The notes beneath the pieces were generated by a model that was not told where the DNA came from, did not search any database, and worked only from the letters and a program-made list of their open reading frames with translations. A DNA stretch of 64,000 nt from the NCBI GenBank assembly GCA_051532035.1, contig JAOPTW010000011.1:62043-126042 (forward strand), given 5' to 3'. Of this stretch, positions 63,166-64,000 are shown piece after piece. Made by a program: the position numbers and the translations under genes. The number at the start of each line of letters is the position of its first letter. Within the stretch, counting starts at the first letter, position 1. The DNA is from Fibrobacterales bacterium. GTDB taxonomy: Bacteria; Fibrobacterota; Fibrobacteria; Fibrobacterales; JAOPTW01.

Positions 63166-63504
63166 ATGAAATTATTTACTAAAACAATCATAGGCTTAAC
63201 CTTAATTTGTGCTGTTTTCACTTCAAATACTTATGCAGGAAACACAAGTGGGCAAAAAGTATCAATTAACGAAATCAATTTTAATTCCGGAAGCATTTAT
63301 TTCCAATTAAGCTCTGAAATGTTTGATTGTAAAAATGGTACACACTTAAAACTTAATGAAAATTCAAATAAAGATTTATATGCAGCATTATTAAATACAT
63401 ATGCAACGAATGGAAAACTTATAATTGAATGGGTACATTGCTATGATGGAAGTGTCGGAGACCTAAATTCAGGAACTGGTGTAAAAATTCGATTCAGCAA
63501 GTAA
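63166..63504 (+). CDS. Small secreted protein (cassette gene 5)
   Basis: Signal peptide MKLFTKTIIGLTLICAVFTSNTYA. RBS AGGAAA. 112 aa. Confidence 0.65.
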   Translation: MKLFTKTIIGLTLICAVFTSNTYAGNTSGQKVSINEINFNSGSIYFQLSSEMFDCKNGTHLKLNENSNKDLYAALLNTYATNGKLIIEWVHCYDGSVGDLNSGTGVKIRFSK

Positions 63505-63530
63505 ACCTTGCACCTTACAACAGCAGGCTT

Positions 63531-63794
63531 ACGTCTATATGCCCTCCAAGTCAAGTAAAAAATATTGATTCATCTCAACTGTTTTACCTGACTTCTCACT
63601 TATGAATCTCTTATACGAGTCATATACTCAATAATGTGTATTGTAAGGGAGGCGCTATAGTGCCTCCCTTAGGTGTTATCTTTTGAGAATGGTGATAGTT
63701 TAATCAGAATGAGCAATCAGAGCTAGGGAAGGGTACAGCTTCAGTGGGAATTAGCTAGATTATGTGTTAGAAATCAACCGTCTGTATGATAAGA
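63531..63794 (+). repeat. CR copy 4 (full length apart from a 38-nt internal deletion)
   Basis: Collinear with CR1. It lacks ctctatgg...gatataa, the left arm of the second hairpin. Hairpin gggaggc/gcctccc at 63647-63668 is perfect. Confidence 0.9.
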
Positions 63795-63846
63795 GTTATA
63801 TGGCTTTTGATTACATATTATTTCTGCTCACCAAATAGGATTTGTA

Positions 63847-64000
63847 ATGTCTCCCACTAATAAACTTGGCACACCAAAAGATTTAGATAGTATCACATTA
63901 AACGATGTGCTTGAAAATAAGGTTTGGGTTTGGACCTGGGAAGTAAACCTTGACGAAGAATATGATGAATCCTGGCAGTTGCCTATAATTGGACTTGATG
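63847..64000 (+). CDS. Hypothetical protein, N-terminal 51 codons only (cassette gene 6, runs off the window)
   Basis: Not in the track. ATG 63847 followed by an open frame to the window end (MSPTNKLGTPKDLDSITLNDVLENKVWVWTWEVNLDEEYDESWQLPIIGLD). No signal peptide. Confidence 0.45.
   Translation, partial: MSPTNKLGTPKDLDSITLNDVLENKVWVWTWEVNLDEEYDESWQLPIIGLD

Noticed and set aside
59030-63794. Could the repeat arrays be a CRISPR locus?
   Set aside because: The 21-bp units abut one another with no unique spacers and are highly degenerate. The ~305-bp CR modules are far longer than CRISPR repeats, and the sequences between them are protein-coding genes. No cas genes are present in the window.
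43000-64000. Prophage, IS element, ICE or diversity-generating retroelement as an explanation for the plasticity zone
   Set aside because: I could recognise no transposase, integrase, reverse transcriptase, capsid/terminase gene, conjugation gene or tRNA attachment site in any frame. The repeats lack terminal inverted repeats with target-site duplications that I could identify.

Overview
This is a 64-kb bacterial window of roughly 40% GC (estimated by eye). I found no rRNA, tRNA, CRISPR array, transposase, integrase or reverse transcriptase. The supplied ORF track translates TTG as a start codon. I moved several starts to an internal ATG that exposes a lipoprotein or signal peptide. I also added ORFs missing from the track: a >600-codon ORF at 1-1807(-) and a partial ORF at the right window edge.

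Positions 1-43 kb look like accessory-rich chromosome. The gene content suggests an anaerobic, motile, polysaccharide-degrading organism of the FCB group, possibly Fibrobacteres-like; this is inference only. The supporting genes are:
- a TIGR02147-like paralog;
- T9SS-type C-terminal tails;
- GH8, GH26+CBM35 and GH12-like domains, plus CotH;
- many Ser-rich lipoproteins;
- two MCPs, one carrying an [FeFe]-hydrogenase-like sensor domain;
- a hybrid histidine kinase and a GGDEF cyclase;
- an operon of ECF sigma, anti-sigma, caspase-like barrel protein and CBM protein.

Unusual domain architectures in this part include a collagen-like/Cys-module/GH12-like lipoprotein and a matrixin with a four-blade hemopexin domain.

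Positions 43-64 kb, with outlying fragments at 35.4 kb and 46.2 kb, form a plasticity zone built from repeats.
1. An uncharacterised 272-275-aa gene is present in two full mosaic copies plus truncated copies.
2. Two inverted arrays of strictly 21-bp-phased degenerate repeats flank an AT-rich spacer immediately upstream of one full copy.
3. Downstream lies an array of unrelated small genes for secreted or membrane proteins. They are separated by a ~305-bp conserved module made of a core site, hairpins, an invariant ~70-nt block and an outward promoter-like end.
4. Short junction motifs mark the breakpoints of the truncated genes.

Taken together this resembles an integron-like or cassette-shuffling locus, but it has no canonical attC site and no recombinase inside the window. 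It is my best candidate for an undescribed system. All function calls rest on motif recognition by eye; no database search was run.
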